Source: Nitrospirales bacterium
GTDB lineage: Bacteria; Nitrospirota; Nitrospiria; Nitrospirales; UBA8639
NCBI GenBank assembly: GCA_965203295.1
Contig: CBDBCZ010000015.1
Span: 864,001 to 928,000, forward strand
Reading direction: 5' to 3'
DNA: 64,000 nt
The notes beneath the pieces are model-generated. The model saw nothing but the letters and a program-made list of their open reading frames with translations, ran no database searches and was not told the origin of the DNA. The position numbers and the translations under genes were made by a program. Below, piece by piece: positions 54,001 through 64,000 of the stretch; within the stretch, counting starts at the first letter, position 1; each line of letters begins with the position of its first letter.

Positions 54001-57000
54001 GATGTTAGTCTGAAGATTAGGAAAGAAGGATTTTATTTTAAATTGTTAGTTTTGTTGGTCTCAGGCAAAGACTTTCAGCCAAAGTAACTGGCTACCATTG
54101 ATCTGACCCTTCCCAACTGTTTAGGAAAACAACTGGTTATTCAAAGGCTTGTTTAGTTTGAATGATGTTAGTCTGAAGATTAGGAAAGAAGGATTTTATT
54201 GAAAATTGTTAGTTTTGTTGGTCTCAGGCAAAGACTTTCAGCCAAAGTAACTGCCTACCATTGATCTGACCCTTCCCAACTGTTTAGGAAAAGAACTGAT
54301 TATTCAAAGGCTTGATTAGTTTTAATGATGTTAGTCGGATACAATACATGTTTAGGAAGTGTCGATGTTCAAAAAAAGGAACTGGTTATTCAAAGGCTTG
54401 TTTAGTTTGGTTGATGTTAGTCTGAAGATTAGGAAAGAAGGATTTTATTGAAAATTGTGTGTTTTGTTGGTCTCAGGCAAAGACTTTCAGCCAAAGTAAC
54501 TGGCTACCATTGATCTGACCCTTCCCAACTGTTTAGGAAAACAACTGGTTATTCAAAGGCTTGTTTAGTTTGAATGATGTTAGAGTGAAGATTTGGAAAG
54601 AAGGATTTTATTGAAAATTGTTAGTTTTGTTGGTCTCTAGCAAAGACTTTAAGCCAAAGTAACTAGCTACCATTGATCTGACCCTTCCCAACTTTTTAGG
54701 AAAAGAACTGGTTATTCAAAGGCTTGTTTAGTTTGAATGATGTTAGTCTGAAGATTAGGAAAGAAGGATTTTATTGAAAATTGTTAGTTTTGTTGGTCTC
54801 TAGCAAAGACTTTAAGCCAAAGTAACTAGCTACCATTTATCTGACCCTTCCTAACTGTTTAGAAAAAGAACTGGTTATTAAAAGGCCTGTTTAGTTTTGT
54901 TGATGTTAACCTGAAGATTAGGAAAGAAGGATTTTATTGAAAATTGTTAGTTTTGTTGGTCTCTAGCAAAGACTTTAAGCCAAAGTAACTAGCTACCATT
55001 TATCTGACCCTTCCTAACTGTTTAGAAAAAGAACTGGTTATTCAAAGGCCTGTTTAGTTTTGTTGATGTTAGCCTGAAGATTAGGAAAGAAGGATTTTAT
55101 TGAAAATTGTTAGTTTTGTTGGTCTCTAGCAAAGACTTTAAACCAAAGTTACTAGCTACCATTTATCTAACCCTTCCGAACTATTTAGAAAATGAGCTGG
55201 TTATTCAAAGGCTTGTTTTGTTTGAATGATATTAGTCAGATACAATACATGCTTAGGAAGTATCAATGTTCAAGAAAGGAACTGGTTATTCAAAGGCTTG
55301 TTTAGTTTGCTTGATGTTAGTCTGAAGATTAGGAAAGAAGGATTTTATTTAAAATTGATAGTTTTGTTGGTCTCAGGCAAAGACTTTCAGCCAAAGTAAC
55401 TGGCTACCATTGATCTGACCCTTCCCAACTGTTTAGGAAAACAACTGGTTATTCAAAGGCTTGTTTAGTTTGAATGATGTTAGTCTGAAGATTAGGAAAG
55501 AAGGATTTTATTGAAAATTGTTAGTTTTGTTGGTCTCAGGCAAAGACTTTCTGCCAAAGTAACTGGCTACCATTGATCTGACCCTTCCCAACTGTTTAGG
55601 AAAAGAACTGGTTATTCAAAGGCTTGATTAGTTTGAATGATGTTTGTCGGATACAATACATGTTTAGGAAGTATCGATGTTCAAAAAAGGAACTGGTTAT
55701 TCAAAGGCTTGTTTAGTTTGGTTGATGTTAGTCTGAAGATTAGGAAAGAAGGATTTTATTGAGAATTGTTAGTTTTGTTGGTCTCTAGCAAAGACTTTAA
55801 GCCAAAGTAACTGGCTACCATTGATCTGACCCTTCCCAACTGTTTAGGAAAAGAACTGGTTATTCAAAGGCTTGTTTAGTTTGAATGATGATAGTCTGAA
55901 GATTAGGAAAGAAGGATTTTATTGAAAATTGTTAGTTTTGTTGGTCTCAGGCAAAGACTTTCAGCCAAAGTAACTGGCTACCATTGATCTGACCCTTCCC
56001 AACTGTTTAGGAAAAGAACTGGTTATTCAAAGGCTTGATTAGTTTTAATGATGTTAGTCGGATACAATACATGTTTAGGAAGTGTCGATGTTCAAAAAAG
56101 GAACTGGTTATTTCAAAGGCTTGTTTTGTTTGGTTGATGTTAGTCTGAAGATTAGGAAAGAAGGATTTTATTGAAAATTGTTAGTTTTGTTGGTCTCAGG
56201 CAAAGACTTTCAGCAAAAGTAACTAGCTACCATTGATCTGACTCTTCCTAACTGTTTCGGAAATAAACTGGTTATTCAAAGGCTTGTTTAGTTTGAATGA
56301 TGTCAGTCTGAAGATTAGGAAAGAAGGATTTAATTGAAAATTGTTAATTTTGTTGGTCTCTAGCAAAGACTTTAAGCCAAAGTAACTAGTTACCATTTAT
56401 CTGACCCTTCCCAACGGTTTAGAATAAGAACTGGCTATTCAAAGGCCTGTTTAGTTTTGTTGATGTTAGCCTGAAGATTAGGAAAGAAGGATTTTATTGA
56501 AAATTGTTAGTTTTGTTGGTCTCAGGCAAAGACTTTCGGCAAAAGTAACTAGCTACCATTGATCTGACCCTTCCCAACTGTTTAGGAAAAGAACTTGTTA
56601 TTCAAAGGCTTCTTTAGTTTGAATGATGTTAGTCAGATACAATACATTCTTAGGAAGTATCGATGTTCAAAAAAGGAACTGGTTATTCAAATACTTGTTT
56701 AGTTTGCTTGATGTTAGTCTGCAGATTATAGGAAAGAAGTATTTTATAGAAAATGGTTAGTTTTGTTGGTCTCTAGCAAAGACTTTGAGCCAAAGTAACT
56801 AGCTACCATTGATCTGTCCCTTCCCAACTGTTTATGAAAAGAACCGGTTATTCAAAGGCTTGATTAGTTTTAATGATGTTAGTCGGATACAATACATGTT
56901 TAGGAAGTGTCGATGTTCAAGAAAGGAACTGGTTATTCAAAGGCTTGTTTAGTTTGGTTGATGTTAGTCTGAAGATTAGGAAAGAAGGATTTTATTTTAA

Positions 57001-60000
57001 ATTGTTAGTTTTGTTGGTCTCAGGCAAAGACTTTCAGCCAAAGTAACTGGCTACCATTGATCTGACCCTTCCCAACTGTTTAGGAAAACAACTGGTTATT
57101 CAAAGGCTTGTTTAGTTTGAATGATGTTAGTCTGAAGATTAGGAAAGAAGGATTTTATTGAAAATTGTTAGTTTTGTTGGTCTCAGGCAAAGACTTTCAG
57201 CCAAAGTAACTGCCTACCATTGATCTGACCCTTCCCAACTGTTTAGGAAAAGAACTGATTATTCAAAGGCTTGATTAGTTTTAATGATGTTAGTCGGATA
57301 CAATACATGTTTAGGAAGTGTCGATGTTCAAAAAAAGGAACTGGTTATTCAAAGGCTTGTTTAGTTTGGTTGATGTTAGTCTGAAGATTAGGAAAGAAGG
57401 ATTTTATTGAAAATTGTGTGTTTTGTTGGTCTCAGGCAAAGACTTTCAGCAAAAGTAACTAGCTACCATTGATCTGACCCTTCCCAACTGTTTAGGAAAA
57501 GAACTGGTTACTCAAAGGTTTGTTTAGTTTGAATGATGTTAGTCTGAAGATTAGGAAAGAAGGATTTTATTGAAAATTGTTAGTTTTGTTGGTCTCTAGC
57601 AAAGACTTTAAGCCAAAGTAACTAGCTACCATTTATCTGACCCTTCCCAACTGTTAAGAAAAAGAACTGGTTAATCAAAGGCCTGTTTAGTTTTGTTGAT
57701 GTTAGCCTGAAGATTAGGAAAGAAGGATTTTATTGAAAATTGTTAGTTTTGTTGGTCTCTTGCAATGACTTTAATTAAGCCAAAGTTACTTGCTACCATT
57801 GATCTGACCTTTTCGAACTATTTAGAAAAAGTGCTGGTTATTCAAAGGCTTGTTTTGTTTGAATGATATTTGTCAGATACAATACATGCTTAGGAAGTAT
57901 CAATGTTCAAGAAAGGAACTGGTTATTCAAAAGCTTGTTTAGTTTGGTTGATGTTAGTCTTAAGAATAGGAAAGAAGGATTTTATTGAAAATTGTTAGTT
58001 TTGTTGGTCTCTAGCAAAGACTTTAAGCCAAAGTAACTTGCTACCATTTATCTGACCCTTCCCAACTGTTTAGAAAAAGAGCTGGTTATTCAAAGGCCTG
58101 TTTAGTTTTGTTGATGTTAGCCTCAAAATTATGAAAGAAGGATTTTATTGAAAATTGTTAGTTTTTTTGGTCTCAGGCAAAGACTTTCAGCCAATGTAAC
58201 TGGCTACCATTGATCTGACCCTTTCCAACTGTTTTTGAAAAGAACTGGTTATTCAAATGCTTGTTTAGTTTGGTCAGATACAATACACGCCTAGGAAGTA
58301 TCGATGTTCAAGAAAGGAACTGTTTATTCAAAGGCTTGTTTAGTTTGGTTTATGTTAGTCTGAAAATTAGGAAAGAAGGATTTTATTGAAAATCGTTAGT
58401 TTAGTACGTCTCTAGCAAAGACTTTGAGCCAAAGTAACTAGCTATTATTGATCTGACCCTTCCCAACTGTTTAGGAAAAGAACTGGTTATTTAAAGGCTT
58501 GATTAGTTTTAATGATGTTAATCGGATACAATACATGTTTAGGAAGTATCGATGTTCAAGAAAGGAACTGGTTATTCTAAGGCTTGTTTAGTTTTAATGA
58601 TGTTAGTCGGATACAATACATGTTTAGGAAGTGTCGATGTTCAAAAAAAGGAACTGGTTATTCAAAGGCTTGTTTAGTTTGGTTGATGTTAGTCTGAAGA
58701 TTAGGAAAGAAGGATTTTATTTAAAATTGTGTGTTTTGTTCGTCTCAGGCAAAGACTTTAAGCCAAAGTAACTAGCTACCATTTATCTGACCCTTCCCAA
58801 CTGTTAAGAAAAAGAACTGGTTAATCAAAGGCCTGTTTAGTTTTGTTGATGTTAGCCTGAAGATTAGGAAAGAAGGATTTTATTGAAAATTGTTAGTTTT
58901 GTTGGTCTCTTGCAATGACTTTAATTAAGCCAAAGTTACTTGCTACCATTGATCTGACCTTTCCGAACTATTTAGAAAAAGTGCTGGTTATTCAAAGGCT
59001 TGTTTTGTTTGAATGATATTTGTCAGATACAATACATGCTTAGGAAGTATCAATGTTCAAGAAAGGAACTGGTTATTCAAAAGCTTGTTTAGTTTGGTTG
59101 ATGTTAGTCTTAAGAATAGGAAAGAAGGATTTTATTGAAAATTGTTAGTTTTGTTGGTCTCTAGCAAAGACTTTAAGCCAAAGTAACTTGCTACCATTTA
59201 TCTGACCCTTCCCAACTGTTTATAAGAAGAGCTGGTTATTCAAAGGCCTGTTTAGTTTTGTTGATGTTAGCCTGAAAATTATGAAAGAAGGATTTTATTG
59301 AAAATTGTTAGTTTTTTTGGTCTCAGGCAAAGACTTTCAGCCAATGTAACTGGCTACCATTGATCTGACCCTTTCCAACTGTTTTTGAAAAGAACTGGTT
59401 ATTCAAATGCTTGTTTAGTTTGGTCAGATACAATACACGCCTAGGAAGTATCGATGTTCAAGAAAGGAACTGTTTATTCAAAGGCTTGTTTAGTTTGGTT
59501 TATGTTAGTCTGAAAATTAGGAAAGAAGGATTTTATTGAAAATCGTTAGTTTAGTACGTCTCTAGCAAAGACTTTGAGCCAAAGTAACTAGCTATTATTG
59601 ATCTGACCCTTCCCAACTGTTTAGGAAAAGAACTGGTTATTTAAAGGCTTAATTAGTTTTAATGATGTTAGTCGGATACAATACATGTTTAGGAAGTATC
59701 GATGTTCAAGAAAGGAACTGGTTATTCTAAGGCTTGTTTAGTTTGGTTGATGTTAGTCTGAAGATTAGGAAAGAAGGATTTTATTTAAAATTGTTAGTTT
59801 TTTAGTCTCTAGCAAAGACTTTAAGCCAAAGTAACTAGCTACCATTTATCTGACCCTTCCTAACTGTTTAGAAAAAAAACTGGTTATTCAAAGGCTTGTT
59901 TTGGTTGAATGATATTAGTCGGATACAATACATGCTTAGGAAGTATCAATGTTCAAGAAAGGAACTGGTTATTCAAAGACTTGTTTAGTTTGGTTGATGT

Positions 60001-62700
60001 TAGTCTGAAGATTAGGAAAGAAGGATTTTATTGACAATTGTTAGTTTTGTTGGTCTCTAGCAAAGACTTTAAGCCAAAGTAACTAGCTACCATGGATCTT
60101 ACCCTTCCCAACTGTTTAGGAAAAGAACTGGTTATTCAAAGGCTTGTTTAGTTTGAATGATGTTAGTCTGAAGATTAAGAAAGAAGGATTTTATTGAAAA
60201 TTGTTAGTTTTATTGGTCTCTAGCGAAGACTTTAAGCCAAAGTAACTAGCTACCATTTATCTGACCCTTCCTAACTGTTTAAAAAAAGAAGTGGTTATTC
60301 AAAGGCCTGTTTAGTTTTGTTGATGTTAGCCTGAAGATTAGGAAAGAAGGATTTTATTGAAAATTGTTAGTTTTGTTGGTCTCTAGCAAAGACTTTAAGC
60401 CAAAGTTACTAGCTACCATTGATCTGACCCTTCCGAACTATTTAGAAAATGAGCTGGTTATTCAAAGGCTTGTTTGGTTTGAATGATATTAGTCAGATAC
60501 AATACATGCTTAGGAAGTATCAATATTCAAGAAAGGAACTTGTTATTCAAAGGCTTGTTTAGTTTGGTTGATGTTAGTCTGAAGATTATGAAAGAAGGAT
60601 TTTATTTAAAATTGTTAGTTTGGTTGGTCTCAGGCAAAGACTTTCAGCCAAAGTAACTGACTACCATTGATCTGACCCTTCCCAACTGTTTAGGAAAACA
60701 ACTGGTTATTCAAAGGCTTGTTTAGTTTGAATGATGTTAGTCAGATACAATACATGCTTAGGAAGTATCGATGTTCAAGAAAGGAACGGGTTATTTAAAG
60801 GCTTGTTTAGTTTTATTGATGCTAGTCTGCAGATTAGGAAAGAAGTATTTAAAGAAAATCGTTAGTTTTATTGGTCACTAGCAAAGACTTTGAGCCAAAG
60901 TAACTAGCTACCATTGGTCTGACCCTTCCCAACTGTTTAGGAAAAGAACCTGTTATTCAAAGGCTTGATTAGTTTTAATGATGTTAGTCGGATACAATAC
61001 ATGTTTAGGAAGTGTCGATGTTCAAGATAGGAACTGGTTATTCAAAGGCTTGTTTAGTTTGGTTGATGTTAGTCTGAAGATTAGGAAAGAAGGATTTTAT
61101 TGAAAATTGTTAGTTTTGTTGGTCTCAGGCAAAGACTTTCAGCAAAAGTAACTATCTACCATTGATCTGACCCTTCCTAACTGTTTAGGAAAAAAACTGG
61201 TTATTCAAAGGCTTGTTTAGTTTGAATGAGGTTAGTCTGAAGATTAGGAAAGAAGAATTTTATTGCAAATTGTTAGTTTTGTTGGTCTCAGGCAAAAACT
61301 TTCAACCAAAGTAACTGGCTACCATTGATCTGACCCTTCCCAACTGTTTAGGAGCAGAACTGGTTATTCAAAGGCTTGTTTAGTTTTGTTGATGTTAGCC
61401 TGAAGATTAGGTAAGAAGGATTTTATTGAAAATTGTTAGTTTTGTTGGTCTCTAGCAAAGACTTTAAGCCAAAATAACTGGCTGCCATTGATCTGACCCT
61501 TCCCAACTGTTTAGGAAAAGAACTTGTTATTCAAAGGCTTGTTTAGTTTGGTTGATGTTAGTCTGAAGATTAGGAAAGAAGGATTTTATTGAAAAGTGTT
61601 AGTTTTGTTGGTCCCACTCAAAGACTTTCAGCAAAAGTAACTAGCTACCATTGATCTGACCCATCCTAACTGTTTAGGAAAAGAACTGGTTATTCAAAAG
61701 CTTGTTTAGTTTGAATGATGTTAGTCAGATGATTAGGAAATAAGGATTTCATTTAAAATTGTTAGTTTTGTTGGTCTCTAGCAAAGACTTTAAGCCAAAA
61801 TAACTAGCTTCTATTTATCTGACCCTTCCCAACTGTTTAGAAAAAGAACTGGGTATTCAAAGGCCTGTTTAGTTTTGTTGATTTTAGCCTGAAGATTAGG
61901 AAAGAAGGATTTTATTTAAAATTGTTAGTTTTGTTGGTCTCTTGCAATGACTTTAATTAAGTCAAAGTTACTAGCTACCATTGATCTGACCTTTCCGAAC
62001 TATTTAGAAAAAGTGCTGGTTATTCAAAGCCTTTTTTTGTTTAAATGATATTAGTCAGATACAATACATGCTTAGGAAGTATCAATGTTCAAGAAAGGAA
62101 CTGGTTATTCAAAGGCTTGTTTAGTTTGGTTGATGTTAGTCTGAAGATTAGGAAAGAAGGATTTTATTGAAAATTGTTAGTTTTGTTGGTCTCAGGCAAA
62201 TACTTTCAGCCAAAGTAACTGGCTACCATTGATCTGACCCTTCCCAACTGTTTAGAAAAAGAACTGGTTATTTAAAGGCTTGTTTATTTTGGTTGATGTT
62301 AGTCTGAAGATTAGTAAAGAAGGATTTTATTTAAAATTGTTAGTTTTGTTGGTCTCAGGCAAAGACTTTCAGCCAAAGTAACTGGCTACCATTGATCTGA
62401 CCCTTCCTAACTGTTTAGGAAAAGAACTGGTTTAAGATTCAATAGCTCGTTTAGTTTGAATGATATTAGTCACATACAATACATTCTTAGGAAGTAAGGA
62501 TTTTCACTAATAATTGGTACAATTTTAGCTTTATTGGTCTCTGGCAACTTTCAGTCAAAACAACTAGCTACCATTGATCTGACCCTTACTAACTGTCTAG
62601 GTAGAGAACTGGTTTAAGATTCAATAGCTTGTTTAGTTTGAATGATGTTAGTCAGATAAAATACATTCTTAGGAAGTAAGGGTTTTCACTGAAAATTATC
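12060..62700 (+). repeat. 50.6-kb composite satellite array (163-bp A, 85-bp B, ~177-186-bp C units sharing a 44-bp core)
   Basis: Core GAACTGGTTATTCAAAGGCTTGTTTAGTTTG(AA/GT)TGATGTTAGTC recurs at 12751, 12914 (+163), 12999 (+85) and throughout. All units I read are in the same orientation. Confidence 0.99.
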
Positions 62701-62820
62701 GCAACGATCGTCCCAGACTCATCCACCCAACTCATGTCAAGAAGATTGTTGAAATTTCCCCCCCCTGAGGGAAGGCTCTGGAAGGGAGCTCCGCCATCTA
62801 CATGATACAGCACAGCACCA
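62700..62820 (+). mobile_element. BEL/Pao LTR retrotransposon gag (DUF1759-like) remnant
   Basis: RNDRPRLIHPTHVKKIVE, then a frameshift, then FPPLREGSGRELRHLHDTAQ; resembles the recalled BEL/Pao gag motif RYDRPRLIHQxHV...LKDGSGKELRRLHD. Confidence 0.72.
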
Positions 62821-62989
62821 GAACACCTTGTTTGAATGGCGAAGGTCCAGCCAAGAAACTGCAGTATATCTGTGAGATTACGGCCTGTGAGTTGCAGGAG
62901 CATGTGCATGCATATACATATACGTATATGTAGTTGCCTTTGGCTGCTGATTGTGAAAGCTGACCCTTCTTACCCTCTCCCCGTTCAAG

Positions 62990-63074
62990 GATGATCTACC
63001 TGGGAGAAAATTTCAGTGGCTTTGTTACCGTTCACAACGACAGCCAGGATGTGGTGAAGGAAACCATCTTTAAG
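62990..63074 (+). pseudogene. TRAPPC13: TRAPPC13 copy B, exon 4 (open in itself)
   Basis: ttcaag|...|gtaggt, 85 bp; MIYLGENFSGFVTVHNDSQDVVKETIFK versus the family motif NIFLGETFSSYISVHNDS. Confidence 0.92.
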
Positions 63075-63494
63075 GTAGGTTGCAGCAGAGCCAAGGAGTG
63101 AGCGTCTGTACAAAATGTCATGTAACAGACAGAACTATGTACGTATATGATCTCTGTCTGGTCTTGCAGTCACCAAGTAATTAAAACTACATAGTGTCGT
63201 GTCGTATTGCCAGTTTTATTTTCATGACCATAAAATATCGGTGTGGGAAGGCTTAGTTGCGACCCTAGCAATATTAGGACAAATTATGCATGTAATGCAT
63301 AGGTATAGGAGATGGCTGACTCTGTCTGTACTGAAGTTTTGTGTCTGAAGGCCATACAGATCTGCTCCGTTTATATTCCTTATAAGGACAAGTCACAAAT
63401 GTCTATCGCTAATTGCTGCTATAGTTACTGCTCACTGCAGCACTTATCTTGAACTTGGCAGTGTGTATAGTAGTTGCGTCTTCACATTGTACAG

Positions 63495-63584
63495 GTGGAA
63501 CTATTGACTCCTTCCAGCTGGACCCGGGGGGAGGTGTTAAGATCGAATCATAGCACATGAAGTAAAGGAACTGGGAGAGCACAG
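63495..63584 (+). pseudogene. TRAPPC13: TRAPPC13 copy B, exon 5 (deleted, frameshifted)
   Basis: gtacag|...|gtaaga; VELLTPS, then QLDPGGGV and DRIIAHEVKELGEH in shifted frames. The entry frame hits TGA. Confidence 0.9.
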
Positions 63585-63946
63585 GTAAGAGATATACGTA
63601 GCCTTGATTCGAAGCTATAAGAGATACACATAACTGTCTATGTAGGTAATGAGAGAGTGTATCTGCATTGAAGGGAATGAGTGGGCGAGAACATCAACAT
63701 AGAAGTATGTTATGTAGCTTCATATGTGACTTACATTATCTGGACGTGGATCTATGTTACATTCACCTGTAAAGGATATCTCCACTGTCTTTCCAGTGCT
63801 AGGTACGGCCTCGAATGCTTTTTGTTTGTGAAGTCGCATGCACGCCTTCCAAAACCCTCATAGCGGTTTTTAAAGTACCAATCTCTTGATTTCCTCAACT
63901 TTATATACTACTACAGCCTCATCTGTACTTCCACCTATACTGCCAC

Positions 63947-64000
63947 CTTGTGCACGAAGCAAACACTCTGAACCAGTGCTGGCAAACTCCTGGAACTGAT
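63947..64000 (-). mobile_element. Second copy of the SINE tail, truncated by the window end
   Basis: CCTTGTGCACGAAGCAAACACTCTGAACCAGTGCTGGCAAACTCCTGGAACTGAT matches ~11254-11308. Confidence 0.8.

Noticed and set aside
12060..62700. CRISPR-like array (44-bp repeat with 41-bp spacers)
   Set aside because: Spacers are repeated classes and not unique, there are no cas genes, and the context is a spliced eukaryotic genome.
62652..62909. 85-aa minus-strand ORF
   Set aside because: It spans the satellite end, the antisense gag remnant and intron sequence, with no recognisable protein.

Overview
This is AT-rich, intron-containing animal genomic DNA. Repeat style suggests a sponge or other early-branching metazoan, but that is inference only. 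Positions 1-12 kb are a gene/transposon patchwork. They hold the last three coding exons of an apparently intact PCMT1 gene ending in RWK*, TA-flanked Tc1/pogo-type MITEs (one nested in another), and palindromic MITEs with 9-bp target-site duplications. They also hold a decayed Penelope-like element with a mutated hammerhead ribozyme, two LINE reverse-transcriptase fragments, a tRNA-derived SINE and a broken partial TRAPPC13 copy. About 12,060-62,700 is one 50.6-kb head-to-tail satellite array. It is built from a shared 44-bp core followed by alternative spacers (163-bp A, 85-bp B and ~177-186-bp C units), with nested higher-order duplications of 0.25-3.7 kb. The array lies inside a second, disrupted TRAPPC13 copy: exon 2 is on the left, exons 4-5 on the right, and exon 3 is missing. 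A hAT-like terminus precedes the array and a BEL/Pao gag remnant follows it. Protein identities come from recalled family sequences, not database searches; exon numbers follow the vertebrate genes from memory.
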